A stretch of DNA of 30,786 bases, taken from the IMG/VR virus record IMGVR_UViG_3300021335_000008, one strand, 5' to 3'. Shown one piece after another: positions 16,795-25,130 of the stretch. Each line of letters opens with the position of its first letter. Within the stretch, counting starts at the first letter, position 1. The notes under the pieces were generated by a model. That model searched no databases. It had not been told where the DNA came from and saw only the letters and a list, made by a program, of their open reading frames with translations. Source of the stretch: an uncultured virus (IMG/VR IMGVR_UViG_3300021335_000008) (taxonomy: Duplodnaviria; Heunggongvirae; Uroviricota; Caudoviricetes; Demerecviridae). The position numbers and the translations under genes are program-made.

Positions 16795-17127
16795 TCATTC
16801 GGCCCAAAAGATTTCGTCTTCGTCACCAGCATCTGCCGCCATTTCCATGACAAAGTCTACTTCTGTGTCGCTATCGCAGATAACGAACTCTTCAGAGCGC
16901 AGGTCAAAAGCAACCTGGTACACGTTCTTCGCGTACGGAGCAACTTCGAACCAGAACTCGTCACCGTATACTTCCTCAAACAGCTCATCCAGCTCGTGAT
17001 CTGGATATGTGCCCTCTTCCAACAGCCTTTCACGGGTGTCAGCAATAAAGTTGTGCCACTCCAGTGCATTATACATCTTGCACTTTTGGTCAGCGATGTC
17101 GAAGGTTACAGCAATAATTTTTTCCAT
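16795..17127 (-). CDS. highly acidic hypothetical protein
   Basis: GAGGAG SD; D/E-rich. Confidence 0.7.
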   Translation of the reverse strand: MEKIIAVTFDIADQKCKMYNALEWHNFIADTRERLLEEGTYPDHELDELFEEVYGDEFWFEVAPYAKNVYQVAFDLRSEEFVICDSDTEVDFVMEMAADAGDEDEIFWAE

Positions 17128-17154
17128 AGCAAGGTCTCCTCAGTCAATGTAAAC

Positions 17155-17183
17155 ATTATACTACCACGGGCAACTCAAGTCAA
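17155..17183 (-). promoter_or_regulatory. sigma70 promoter
   Basis: TTGACT-17-TATAAT. Confidence 0.8.
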
Positions 17184-17327
17184 GAACTATTTTCCCGAAT
17201 TAGTCATAAAGCCAACGCACCCGAATTCCGGGGGGCCGGTCACGAACCGTCGATGTCAAGTAAAATTTGCACCAAATAGCAAAAATTATCGTAAATTTAC
17301 TACGGTTTGCCCCCAAGATCTGCCATA

Positions 17328-17356
17328 ATTATACTCGACCCCGCTGAGACTATCAA
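17328..17356 (-). promoter_or_regulatory. sigma70 promoter
   Basis: TTGATA-17-TATAAT. Confidence 0.6.
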
Positions 17357-17390
17357 GTTGATTTTTTGGTACAATTGCCCTAAATTGTAC

Positions 17391-17659
17391 TTGACATCGT
17401 CGGTGTACTACTGTATAATCGGCGCCGCCAACCGAGACCCGGCTTTTTGTGAATTTTTACCAATTGTGCAAATTTCCCTTGACATCGAAGGTTTACTACT
17501 GTATAATTGGCGCGCCGGCGCCAAAAGACCTGTTGGTTTCAAAAAATTTTCGTCCATTGCCGCAAAAAAGACTTGACAATCGTCGCACTACTACTTATAA
17601 TGGCGCGAGGTACCCTAAAGAAAATCGTCGTCGTACTACTACTGGCGCGGCGGCGCCAA
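17391..17659 (+). repeat. array of three consensus sigma70 promoter repeats plus one degenerate copy
   Basis: TTGACA-17-TATAAT at 17391, 17479 and 17573; shared TCG...TACTACT spacer and GGCGC after the -10. Confidence 0.8.
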
Positions 17660-17687
17660 AATCTGGATGTCAACCCAGATTTTGACG

Positions 17688-17703
17688 TGTTCCACGTGGA
17701 ACA
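17688..17703. promoter_or_regulatory. parS-like 16-bp palindrome
   Basis: TGTTCCACGTGGAACA, a perfect palindrome matching the chromosomal parS consensus. Confidence 0.7.
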
Positions 17704-17705
17704 GG

Positions 17706-17822
17706 TTAAGGTTGCAAGGCTTCGAGAAAAATCCAAAGGTTGTTGACCGTATCTCTCTCGAGGCCTTTCCGCATGAGGTCGGGCCGAATTTCAATTATGC
17801 GATCAATAATTTTAGCTTTCAT
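17706..17822 (-). CDS. small hypothetical protein (38 aa)
   Basis: MKAKIIDRIIEIRPDL... starts right after the upstream stop. Confidence 0.5.
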   Translation of the reverse strand: MKAKIIDRIIEIRPDLMRKGLERDTVNNLWIFLEALQP

Positions 17823-17823
17823 A

Positions 17824-18456
17824 TCACGCCCCCAACTCTAAGGGGGCGCGGACGGGTAGCGTCCAACCGGAAGGGCCGCGGAAATTCATTCCGCGCATTT
17901 GCTCCCAGCCGATCGCCATATTCTCGCGGCGTTGGCAGTTGAGGAATTTGCCGTAGAGCGAGCGGATGTTCGCAAAGTAAAATTCCGTTTTGCCAGCGGG
18001 AGCGGTCGAGCCGTTCTTGCGGGCTTGCTCCATGATCCAGTTTAAGGCGTGAATGTCGGTGCCTTGATTGCGACCGTGGAAGTATTGCTCTGCCGCGAGC
18101 GCTTCGTTCACGTTGTGAACCTCCATGCAGTAGAGGCGAGCGACCAGAGTGCCAGCCGGAAGGCCGAGCATCTTCTCCCAAGCTCGGACGCATTCACGAG
18201 TGCGATGCACCGCGCCGATCTGGTAATAATTGCCATTCTTGCGAGCGGCTTTCGCGTAGCCGATTTTCGCGAGGATCACGTCGTCTACCAGAACGCTCGA
18301 GAGTTCGGGGAACAAATCGAGAAGCTGAGACGTTGAGATCTTCCAGAAGTAGAGGTGGCCTTGCACCTCGTTTGAGCCTTCTGCGCGATATTCAGCAGGG
18401 CGGAGACCGTTGCCGGTCATGACTTTCCATTGAAGGGTTGGTAGTTGCATTTTCAT
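17824..18456 (-). CDS. putative GIY-YIG (T5orf172-like) nuclease
   Basis: GHLYF...KIGYA...R...AE..FH...TEFY pattern. Confidence 0.5.
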   Translation of the reverse strand: MKMQLPTLQWKVMTGNGLRPAEYRAEGSNEVQGHLYFWKISTSQLLDLFPELSSVLVDDVILAKIGYAKAARKNGNYYQIGAVHRTRECVRAWEKMLGLPAGTLVARLYCMEVHNVNEALAAEQYFHGRNQGTDIHALNWIMEQARKNGSTAPAGKTEFYFANIRSLYGKFLNCQRRENMAIGWEQMRGMNFRGPSGWTLPVRAPLELGA

Positions 18457-18458
18457 AA

Positions 18459-18935
18459 TTAAGCTCCTAGGCTTTCGTTGATTTCAAGTGAATTGTGGCA
18501 TACAAGGCCGTTGTTTGTCAAGCATTCAATGACATTTTTATTGTCATCAAACATGATTGCAGTCTTGCAGAATCGACGCCAGCTCATGCCGTTGTCAGCG
18601 GCGTAGCGCTTGAGGCCGCGCAGTTTGAATAAATCATCGGGCGTTGTGTCGCCTTCCTTGCGAGAGATGATGGTCTCAGCAAACAGGCCGCGAGAGCCGA
18701 AATAAAAGTAGTCAGCCGGACCCATAACGCGAGCAGTGCAAACAATAATTTTTGCGTTTGGCTTGCGTTGAATCTTGCGCCATTCGTGAGCGAGAGGCAG
18801 AAGCGTATCTCTCTCAATAAATTTGGCGGTTGAATGTTCGCGCCAGTGCGCGAGGTTGATTGAACCATCGGGGCTCGTTAAAGCGCGATGGGATGAATCG
18901 ACGACCGTATGGTCAAGGTCAAAAATAAAGTGCAT
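18459..18935 (-). CDS. dmp: deoxynucleoside-5'-monophosphatase (HAD superfamily), T5 Dmp-like
   Basis: FDLDHTVVDSSHR, DTLLPL, CTARVM..DY.Y and FDD motifs match T5 Dmp. Confidence 0.85.
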   Translation of the reverse strand: MHFIFDLDHTVVDSSHRALTSPDGSINLAHWREHSTAKFIERDTLLPLAHEWRKIQRKPNAKIIVCTARVMGPADYFYFGSRGLFAETIISRKEGDTTPDDLFKLRGLKRYAADNGMSWRRFCKTAIMFDDNKNVIECLTNNGLVCHNSLEINESLGA

Positions 18936-19116
18936 AGATATATCCTCCAATGCCGACAATGTTAAGTAAGATCAGATTATAGCATTTATTAGCCGTGGCT
19001 TGCAATGTTAATAATACCAATCCGAGAATCGCAATCATCTTACCGGCGTCGGTGTCGATGATGAAGGGCGCTAACATCATGCAAAGCGCCCCAGCCCAAG
19101 CGCAGAAGCCGATCAT
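18919..19116 (-). CDS. small multi-TM membrane protein
   Basis: Hydrophobic 65-aa ORF; ATGA coupling. Confidence 0.65.
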   Translation of the reverse strand: MIGFCAWAGALCMMLAPFIIDTDAGKMIAILGLVLLTLQATANKCYNLILLNIVGIGGYIYALYF

Positions 19117-19409
19117 CCGATCGACTCCAGAACGCTTGAAAGTTCCGCTTTGGTGAGGTCACCTTCACGGGTTGGCAAAGCCAGAGCCTTGCGAATAGCG
19201 GAGAGATATTCCGCTTTCGTTGGGGTGTCGTCCTTGACACGCTTGACAGGCGAGAGCTTGACGTATTCAACGCCAATGCTTTGAGCCTTAGAGATGACCG
19301 AACGATAGGTCACATTGCCAAAATCGGCGGCCAATTCCTTGGCCTTGGCTAGGTTAAGAGGGGCCGCGGCAGTGATGCGAGCGACCATTTCAGGGGTATA
19401 GTTAGACAT
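19113..19409 (-). CDS. T5 A2-like protein, paralogue 3
   Basis: MSNYT...KELA...RSVISKA..GV.Y.K...TKAE; AGGAG SD; near dmp. Confidence 0.65.
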   Translation of the reverse strand: MSNYTPEMVARITAAAPLNLAKAKELAADFGNVTYRSVISKAQSIGVEYVKLSPVKRVKDDTPTKAEYLSAIRKALALPTREGDLTKAELSSVLESIG

Positions 19410-19442
19410 AAGTAAATCTCCTATTGGTTAGTTGATGTGAGT

Positions 19443-19471
19443 ATTCTCTCACAGATTTTAGAATTTGTCAA
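19443..19471 (-). promoter_or_regulatory. pre-early promoter
   Basis: TTGACA-17-GAGAAT; leader CATCAACTAA...AGGAG. Confidence 0.55.
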
Positions 19472-19649
19472 TGGTAAAATTCACATTTTTGCGATTTTTT
19501 TCACGTCGCGCTTGACGCTTTGCGCGACGCTGTTGGCGACTGCGAGCACGATGGTTTTCGTAGGTGTCCATTGATTCCGCGACCACGATGCCGCCCACGA
19601 CGCCCGAGATAAAGGTTATTAAAACAAGCATTAAGATAGTAATTTCCAT
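19458..19649 (-). CDS. membrane-anchored basic protein
   Basis: AAGGAG SD; N-terminal TM helix and Arg-rich tail. Confidence 0.65.
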   Translation of the reverse strand: MEITILMLVLITFISGVVGGIVVAESMDTYENHRARSRQQRRAKRQARREKNRKNVNFTIDKF

Positions 19650-19674
19650 ATCAATCTCCTTAGTTGATGCAAGC

Positions 19675-19704
19675 AGTATCGCATGGCAATGGGGTGCCTG
19701 TCAA
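19675..19704 (-). promoter_or_regulatory. pre-early promoter
   Basis: TTGACA-18-GATACT with extended TG; same CATCAACTAA leader. Confidence 0.5.
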
Positions 19705-19836
19705 TACCCTAACGCAAAATATTTTTTGGTAATATGTCACAGCATAGGGGGGTTAAAAGACCTTGACAAACCGCGCTCGCGCGCGCACCCCCACACGTAC
19801 AACTTTGGGTATTTTCATACCTCGGAAAAAGAGCAC

Positions 19837-19865
19837 TTGACAAAGTAGCTCAATTGAAATATACT
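19837..19865 (+). promoter_or_regulatory. promoter for the RBP module
   Basis: TTGACA-17-TATACT. Confidence 0.75.
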
Positions 19866-19887
19866 TCAAACAATCGGAGAAAATTAT

Positions 19888-20088
19888 ATGAGTATTACAC
19901 TTAATTGGACAGCAACTGTAACTCGGCAAACTGCTTTTGAAAATATTGAAGAGCAGTATAAAACTGGCACGTGGTTAAAAGAGGGGGTGGAACAGGGAGT
20001 AGTCGAAGTTCTTCTAGACGAAGAAGGCAGTCAAACTCTTTCTGACGCAGAAATTATAGAAGGATTATCTAAGCCATGGCTGACGTAA
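19888..20088 (+). CDS. hypothetical protein
   Basis: GGAG SD; first gene of the module. Confidence 0.65.
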   Translation: MSITLNWTATVTRQTAFENIEEQYKTGTWLKEGVEQGVVEVLLDEEGSQTLSDAEIIEGLSKPWLT

Positions 20089-21818
20089 AACTCGTAACAA
20101 AATTTGTTGACTTAGGCTCTACGGGCGGGTTTGGCTTTGCTTTATACGGCTTCCGAAATATCGGAGGAAGTTATGGAAGCTTTGGTACATTAAGTGAAAC
20201 CGCCAATGGTTCTTCAAATACAACTACTTCTTACCTGTATAGCACTAGCACAGATATAAAAGAAGTATATTGGGCAGATCAAACAACAGATACTTTATAT
20301 TTTACTTTAGATGGAAATAGATCTAATTCTGCTTTTATCTGGACAAAATTAAAAATTGGATCTACAACTTTCACAAGAAGTTCCGCAACTTATAGTTATA
20401 ATAGCTCCACCAATAGAACTACATGGAGTTGGGCAACCAGCACAAACCCCTTTGGTAGCACCACAAATGGAACGGACGTAGCTATAGAAGTAATTCTAGA
20501 CGCAAACACAGGACACACTTCTAGCACAACTAGTAAAACTATTACTGCGGGAAGTACAAGCGATGAAACATACAGTTTTAGCAATGCAAGTAGCTCTCAG
20601 AAATATAGACTAATTAAGTCTTCCGGGACAATAGCAAGTGGGGGAGCAAATGGAACCGTAATTGATTCTCGAAACGGAAGCGGTACTCTCACAATTGATT
20701 ATTCAAATAATGAGTTGCCTCCTGCAGGAAATAGTGCAACCTACCAACTACAAGTTTCAGGAGGTTATGTTTCTGCTTCGGAAACTGAAACCGGCTTTTG
20801 GATAGATACTACTGGACAAAATAATTCTTTCACTATTACTCGAGAAGCTGCGGCGACACCTACCTACTCTGTAACAGCCCCCGCTTCAATTAATGAAGGT
20901 TCTGCCGGAACAATTAACGTCACTACTGCAAATGTATCGAACGGTACTACGCTTTATTATACGGTAAGTCCTTCAGGAGACTTTGGAACGTCTTCTGGGT
21001 CATTTACTATAAATAGTAATGCGGGGTCGTTTACTGTAACACCTACAGCAGACGCTACTACAGAAGGTGCAGAAACCGCAACCGTTTCAATTAGAACTGG
21101 AAGTGTTTCAGGTACTATTGTAGCAACTGATACGTTTACAATTAATGATACTTCAACTACTCCAGTACCTACGTATTCAATAAATGCACCCGCTTCAATT
21201 AATGAAGGTTCCGCAGGGACAATTAACGTTACTACTACAAATGTATCAAACGGTACTACGCTTTACTGGGATTTAGACCAAACTACGGACTACTCTACAA
21301 CTCAAGGGTCAGTATCAATTAATTCAAATGCAGCGTCTTTTACAGTTACTCCTACTGCTGATTCTACTACAGAAGGTGCGGAGACAGATACTATTCGTTT
21401 ATACTCAGATTCTGGCCGAACCACAGAAGTTGCAAATGACTCTTTTACAATTAATGATACTTCCACAGGAGGTGGCGGGTCATCGGGCGGTGGTGGCGAC
21501 GGTACTGGTACATATGGTCTTGAAGTACATGGCCCAGACGGGTCTACAATAGTTTTTAGTAACAATCTTAGACAAGTTAATGCAGTTCTTCTCGCTACTG
21601 TAACTCTCACTACTCAAACCTCTACAACTTATACAGGAATCGCAGAAGCTACAGATGCCTCAAAAGTAGCAGTTATAGTTTCAAAAGACAGTCCTACACA
21701 TTTAAGTACTGGAGGAATTTCAATCACGCGAAGTACTGCAAACGGTGGAAGTATAACTTTAACAAACGCCTCAACTAGCACGCAAACAATTAAAGTTGGT
21801 ATTTGGAGAATTGCATAA
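20076..21818 (+). CDS. tail fibre / receptor-binding protein with two Calx-beta/Ig-like repeats
   Basis: S/T/G-rich; duplicated SINEG...ADxTTEGAET...TINDTS domain; upstream of a fibre chaperone; at the T5 oad-equivalent locus. Confidence 0.7.
   Translation: MADVKLVTKFVDLGSTGGFGFALYGFRNIGGSYGSFGTLSETANGSSNTTTSYLYSTSTDIKEVYWADQTTDTLYFTLDGNRSNSAFIWTKLKIGSTTFTRSSATYSYNSSTNRTTWSWATSTNPFGSTTNGTDVAIEVILDANTGHTSSTTSKTITAGSTSDETYSFSNASSSQKYRLIKSSGTIASGGANGTVIDSRNGSGTLTIDYSNNELPPAGNSATYQLQVSGGYVSASETETGFWIDTTGQNNSFTITREAAATPTYSVTAPASINEGSAGTINVTTANVSNGTTLYYTVSPSGDFGTSSGSFTINSNAGSFTVTPTADATTEGAETATVSIRTGSVSGTIVATDTFTINDTSTTPVPTYSINAPASINEGSAGTINVTTTNVSNGTTLYWDLDQTTDYSTTQGSVSINSNAASFTVTPTADSTTEGAETDTIRLYSDSGRTTEVANDSFTINDTSTGGGGSSGGGGDGTGTYGLEVHGPDGSTIVFSNNLRQVNAVLLATVTLTTQTSTTYTGIAEATDASKVAVIVSKDSPTHLSTGGISITRSTANGGSITLTNASTSTQTIKVGIWRIA
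20859..21467 (+). repeat. tandem intragenic duplication with 309-bp period
   Basis: CCCGCTTCAATTAATGAAGGTTC..GG.ACAATTAACGT and ACTACAGAAGGTGC blocks occur twice. Confidence 0.85.
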
Positions 21819-22552
21819 TGTCTTATGGTATAGAAATAACTGGTTCAGACGGCTCTACAACTTTTCAAGTTTTAGATTCTGATTTAAATTCAGACAATTA
21901 TCAAGTAGTTGCTACTGGATCCGCGAGTACTATAGATATTTCAAGTTCTGCTTACGGGGGTTCAACAGGACAAGCACGTATTTTTATTAAACCGCAATCA
22001 GGAGGCCCAACAACTGCCGATATTTCTGGTTCCAGTTACAGTTTTTATAGATATAATACAACTGAAGATGGCTCTGGTAATGTAATAGAAGCAACCAGAA
22101 CGGCAATTAGTGTCCCGTACATAATTATTAAAGATATTGCAAACACTCCTGTAAATAGTTCACAAGGCACTTATGGAATTCAAGTATTTAAATCAAATGG
22201 AGACCCAGCATTTGATTCGCGAAGATTTAACACAAATGAAAGCTTTCGCCTTCTAGGAGTAGTAGCAATAGGGACTGTGACAGGAGATCCTTTAGCCTCA
22301 GGAGCAACATTAGCGGGGCCAAGTGCAGATGTACTAGATTACTATTTTGAAGCTTCTTCTTTTTACCATGAAACAGGCTCTACAAGCGGAAATGTGCAAG
22401 GCTTTGAAAGATTAGGTTCTGGGTCGGGTACTGTAATACGTAACGCTGGGTATTTCTGGAACGAAGGAACTGGAGGCGGAGGAAGAAGTGGACAGAACCT
22501 TACTTTTTACTTTTCTAATAGGTACCCAATAGTTTATGGAGAACTACGATAA
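21818..22552 (+). CDS. tail-tip / fibre-associated protein
   Basis: Two YGI.(I/V)...G...F motifs; TAATG coupling. Confidence 0.6.
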   Translation: MSYGIEITGSDGSTTFQVLDSDLNSDNYQVVATGSASTIDISSSAYGGSTGQARIFIKPQSGGPTTADISGSSYSFYRYNTTEDGSGNVIEATRTAISVPYIIIKDIANTPVNSSQGTYGIQVFKSNGDPAFDSRRFNTNESFRLLGVVAIGTVTGDPLASGATLAGPSADVLDYYFEASSFYHETGSTSGNVQGFERLGSGSGTVIRNAGYFWNEGTGGGGRSGQNLTFYFSNRYPIVYGELR

Positions 22553-23046
22553 TGACACATGGATATATACTAGCAGATGCTACAACAGGAAAAATTTTTA
22601 GTATTCGTTACCCTACAGGCAATATGCCTACAAGCGGGGTAACGGATGATGGAGTATATAGAAATATTATACTTACAGATGCTAATTTACCAAATGAAGA
22701 TTGTTTAAATTTTGATTACTTTGTTATGAATTACTACTATCAAGAGTCTACAGGAACTTTTGTCTACACTGGGCTACCAGTAAATGAGCACGCCTCCTGG
22801 GACTTTAGCACTTCAAGCTGGGCTTGGGATGCTTCAAAAGTAACAAAAGAAATTAGACAAAAAAGAAACGCACTTTTAACAACTAGCGACTGGGCGGTTT
22901 TACCTGATGCTCCTTTCACAGATTCAGAGGTTACAGAAATAAAAGCGTATAGACAAACTTTACGAGATTTTCCTTCTACTGTATCTGGTAACCCTGCTAC
23001 AACTGGTGATGTAACCTGGCCAACAAAGCCATCTTGTCTAGGTTAG
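22552..23046 (+). CDS. tail fibre assembly chaperone
   Basis: R.KRN.LL..SDW..LPDAP....AYRQ.LRD.P....WP..P. Confidence 0.85.
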   Translation: MTHGYILADATTGKIFSIRYPTGNMPTSGVTDDGVYRNIILTDANLPNEDCLNFDYFVMNYYYQESTGTFVYTGLPVNEHASWDFSTSSWAWDASKVTKEIRQKRNALLTTSDWAVLPDAPFTDSEVTEIKAYRQTLRDFPSTVSGNPATTGDVTWPTKPSCLG

Positions 23047-23057
23047 AAAAATATACC

Positions 23058-23086
23058 TTGACATTCAACCCCCTCTGACATATAAT
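23058..23086 (+). promoter_or_regulatory. sigma70 promoter for the exported-protein operon
   Basis: TTGACA-17-TATAAT. Confidence 0.8.
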
Positions 23087-23112
23087 TGGAGAATACGAAA
23101 TCGGAAACCCAA

Positions 23113-23292
23113 ATGTTAAAAGTAACTTACAAACATTGGAAAAGTGGAGTCAGACTGGAAGCAATCGGTACTATGCCCAAAGGAGTTAATAATGGGATGA
23201 GTGATCGCATTGTTGTTCTACAACCTGATGGCACTTATAAAGATATTATTAAAACAACCATAATAAGGGTAGAGGAATGCGACCCAGAATAA
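23113..23292 (+). CDS. small hypothetical protein
   Basis: MLKVTYKHW...; first ORF after the promoter. Confidence 0.6.
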   Translation: MLKVTYKHWKSGVRLEAIGTMPKGVNNGMSDRIVVLQPDGTYKDIIKTTIIRVEECDPE

Positions 23293-23825
23293 AATATGTA
23301 TTTGCAGCATTGTTAGTATCAGTTCCAGCATTTGCACAGGAAACTGAAGCACCAGAGCCAATCATTACAGAGTCGACGGTAACAACAAAGCAAGAGACGG
23401 ATTTGAAGTCGCCTCCTGCATCGGCAATAAGTCCTACAATCAACACGAGTAATAGCGACTTATGTACCTTCGGCGTAGCGGGTGCGGTGCAAACTCAGAT
23501 ACTCGGTGTATCAACTGGCACGCAGATTACGGATGATAACTGCGAAATGCTGAAAAACGCGAAAACTTTGTACGACATGGGAATGAAAGTTGCAGCGGTA
23601 TCAGTCATGTGTCAGGACCAACGAGTATTTGATGCAATGATGAATGCTGGAACACCCTGTCCAAAAGATGGGCTGATCGGAGCAGAAGCGAAGGCAGCGT
23701 GGGAAGTAGCAGACGCAGAAGAGCCTCAAGAGCTCAAGGAAAAGATAGAGGAATTTACGAGTGACGAAAAGACTCTCATTGGCTCTGCTGGCGTTCTCGC
23801 TTTGCTCGCCTTACTCCTACTCTGA
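23277..23825 (+). CDS. exported Cys-containing protein with C-terminal hydrophobic anchor
   Basis: Signal peptide (AFA-QE), four Cys, terminal GVLALLALLLL. Confidence 0.75.
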   Translation: MRPRIKYVFAALLVSVPAFAQETEAPEPIITESTVTTKQETDLKSPPASAISPTINTSNSDLCTFGVAGAVQTQILGVSTGTQITDDNCEMLKNAKTLYDMGMKVAAVSVMCQDQRVFDAMMNAGTPCPKDGLIGAEAKAAWEVADAEEPQELKEKIEEFTSDEKTLIGSAGVLALLALLLL

Positions 23826-24633
23826 AGAAGTTTACGGCACGACAAATAACGCTGCTGCTTTTGGTTTAAATTGGGTAATGACCAATATACTTCCGGCCCA
23901 AGCTGGACTGGAAATAAATGGGTTGGTATACCAGTATACAACAGTAAAAGACCCTGAAACAGGAATGATTGTGTACGTACAGAACGAGTACGCAGATGGT
24001 TCAGGATATATTTTTCGAAATGTCGACGATTGGTCAGGACTTCCAGGAAATACAGTTCGTAAGAAATTTGCTTTTCCAAACTTAAATGCAGAACTGTGGG
24101 GTCCGGGATCAATTGAAGTAGAAGGCGAAGGAAGTGTAGAAGATGCCAGCGTGGTCTATTCGTATAGGTACGATACGTGTTTTGATCCTCAAAGCGACCC
24201 GAGTTGCCCCGGATACGAAGAACAAGTTGAAGTACCCGAGATTCCAATTTATGACCCGCTCCAAGACCAATTGGTACAGGACGACATGGAGAGGAAAGCT
24301 CGAGTACAGGAACAGGAAGAAGAGGAAGAAAGGCAGCGACGACGAGAGCAGTGGGCAATCAGCAACGCTCTTGAAGACTTGCTGGCTGATGGAGATAACC
24401 CTGGGCTCGTAGATCCAGTTGCAGAGGCGATGGCATTAGCGCTGACATCTCGCACTCTTCCTACAGATTATTTCTACGGACTAGAAGGACGAGAGTACTT
24501 CGATACCGTAGTTCTTGAAGGTGGGGACATACCCGACAACCCGAGTGCAAGACGCAGTAATCTTGCACAACAACTGCTTCACCAGCAGATGGTAGACTCA
24601 CAATACGAGTCAAGTCAACAGGAGACTAAGTAA
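23761..24633 (+). CDS. exported protein (beta-rich domain plus acidic coiled coil)
   Basis: GAGG SD; signal peptide; CFDPQSDPSCPGY motif. Confidence 0.75.
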   Translation: MTKRLSLALLAFSLCSPYSYSEEVYGTTNNAAAFGLNWVMTNILPAQAGLEINGLVYQYTTVKDPETGMIVYVQNEYADGSGYIFRNVDDWSGLPGNTVRKKFAFPNLNAELWGPGSIEVEGEGSVEDASVVYSYRYDTCFDPQSDPSCPGYEEQVEVPEIPIYDPLQDQLVQDDMERKARVQEQEEEEERQRRREQWAISNALEDLLADGDNPGLVDPVAEAMALALTSRTLPTDYFYGLEGREYFDTVVLEGGDIPDNPSARRSNLAQQLLHQQMVDSQYESSQQETK

Positions 24634-25130
24634 TGTTGAAAGTAGTAGTTCCAATGGCATCAGCCATTTTGGCAACAGAGTTCGTAATGGCTCAAACCGA
24701 AATCGTGGGTAATGTTGATTCAAAGTGTATCATCATTTCAGAAACCCCAGGAGTCTACGGCAACCCGAATCCCTACAAGCTGACAACAACTTCTTCGGAT
24801 GGTGGTGTGCAGCCAATTATTCGATATGACGTACTTGCTGCAGACTATTACAAAGCTGTGATTGAGCATCCAATTGCATTTTCTTCATCTCCTTCACTCG
24901 ACGATACAGTGACATGGACTGGAGATGTAGAAGTATCTGAAACGTCAGATGAAGATATGGCAGGATACGATGATGCTAAAGTTGAGTATGATAACGCGCA
25001 CGAATATGAGATGACTGTAGCTGGGAGTACGTGGTTTAAGATTTCTTCTACCGCTTCTTTCGGTTATAACAAATCATTTCCTGCAGGAACCTACACCGCC
25101 GTTGTGGAGGCAGAGTGTATTCCGCTGTAA
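24633..25130 (+). CDS. pilin-like exported beta-sandwich protein
   Basis: N-terminal IVGNVDSKCII and C-terminal AGTYTAVV..EC resemble chaperone-usher pilin termini. Confidence 0.55.
   Translation: MLKVVVPMASAILATEFVMAQTEIVGNVDSKCIIISETPGVYGNPNPYKLTTTSSDGGVQPIIRYDVLAADYYKAVIEHPIAFSSSPSLDDTVTWTGDVEVSETSDEDMAGYDDAKVEYDNAHEYEMTVAGSTWFKISSTASFGYNKSFPAGTYTAVVEAECIPL

Noticed and set aside
16777..17328. 183-aa plus-strand ORF
   Set aside because: Antisense to a gene with a strong SD and runs across promoters
17391..17659. CRISPR array
   Set aside because: The repeats are degenerate, promoter-shaped and irregularly spaced, and no cas genes are present
17307..17942. Short ORFs across the promoter array
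   Set aside because: No SD sequences, and they are translations of repeat DNA
23726..24358. 210-aa minus-strand ORF
   Set aside because: Antisense shadow of the well-formed + strand operon, with no SD or motifs
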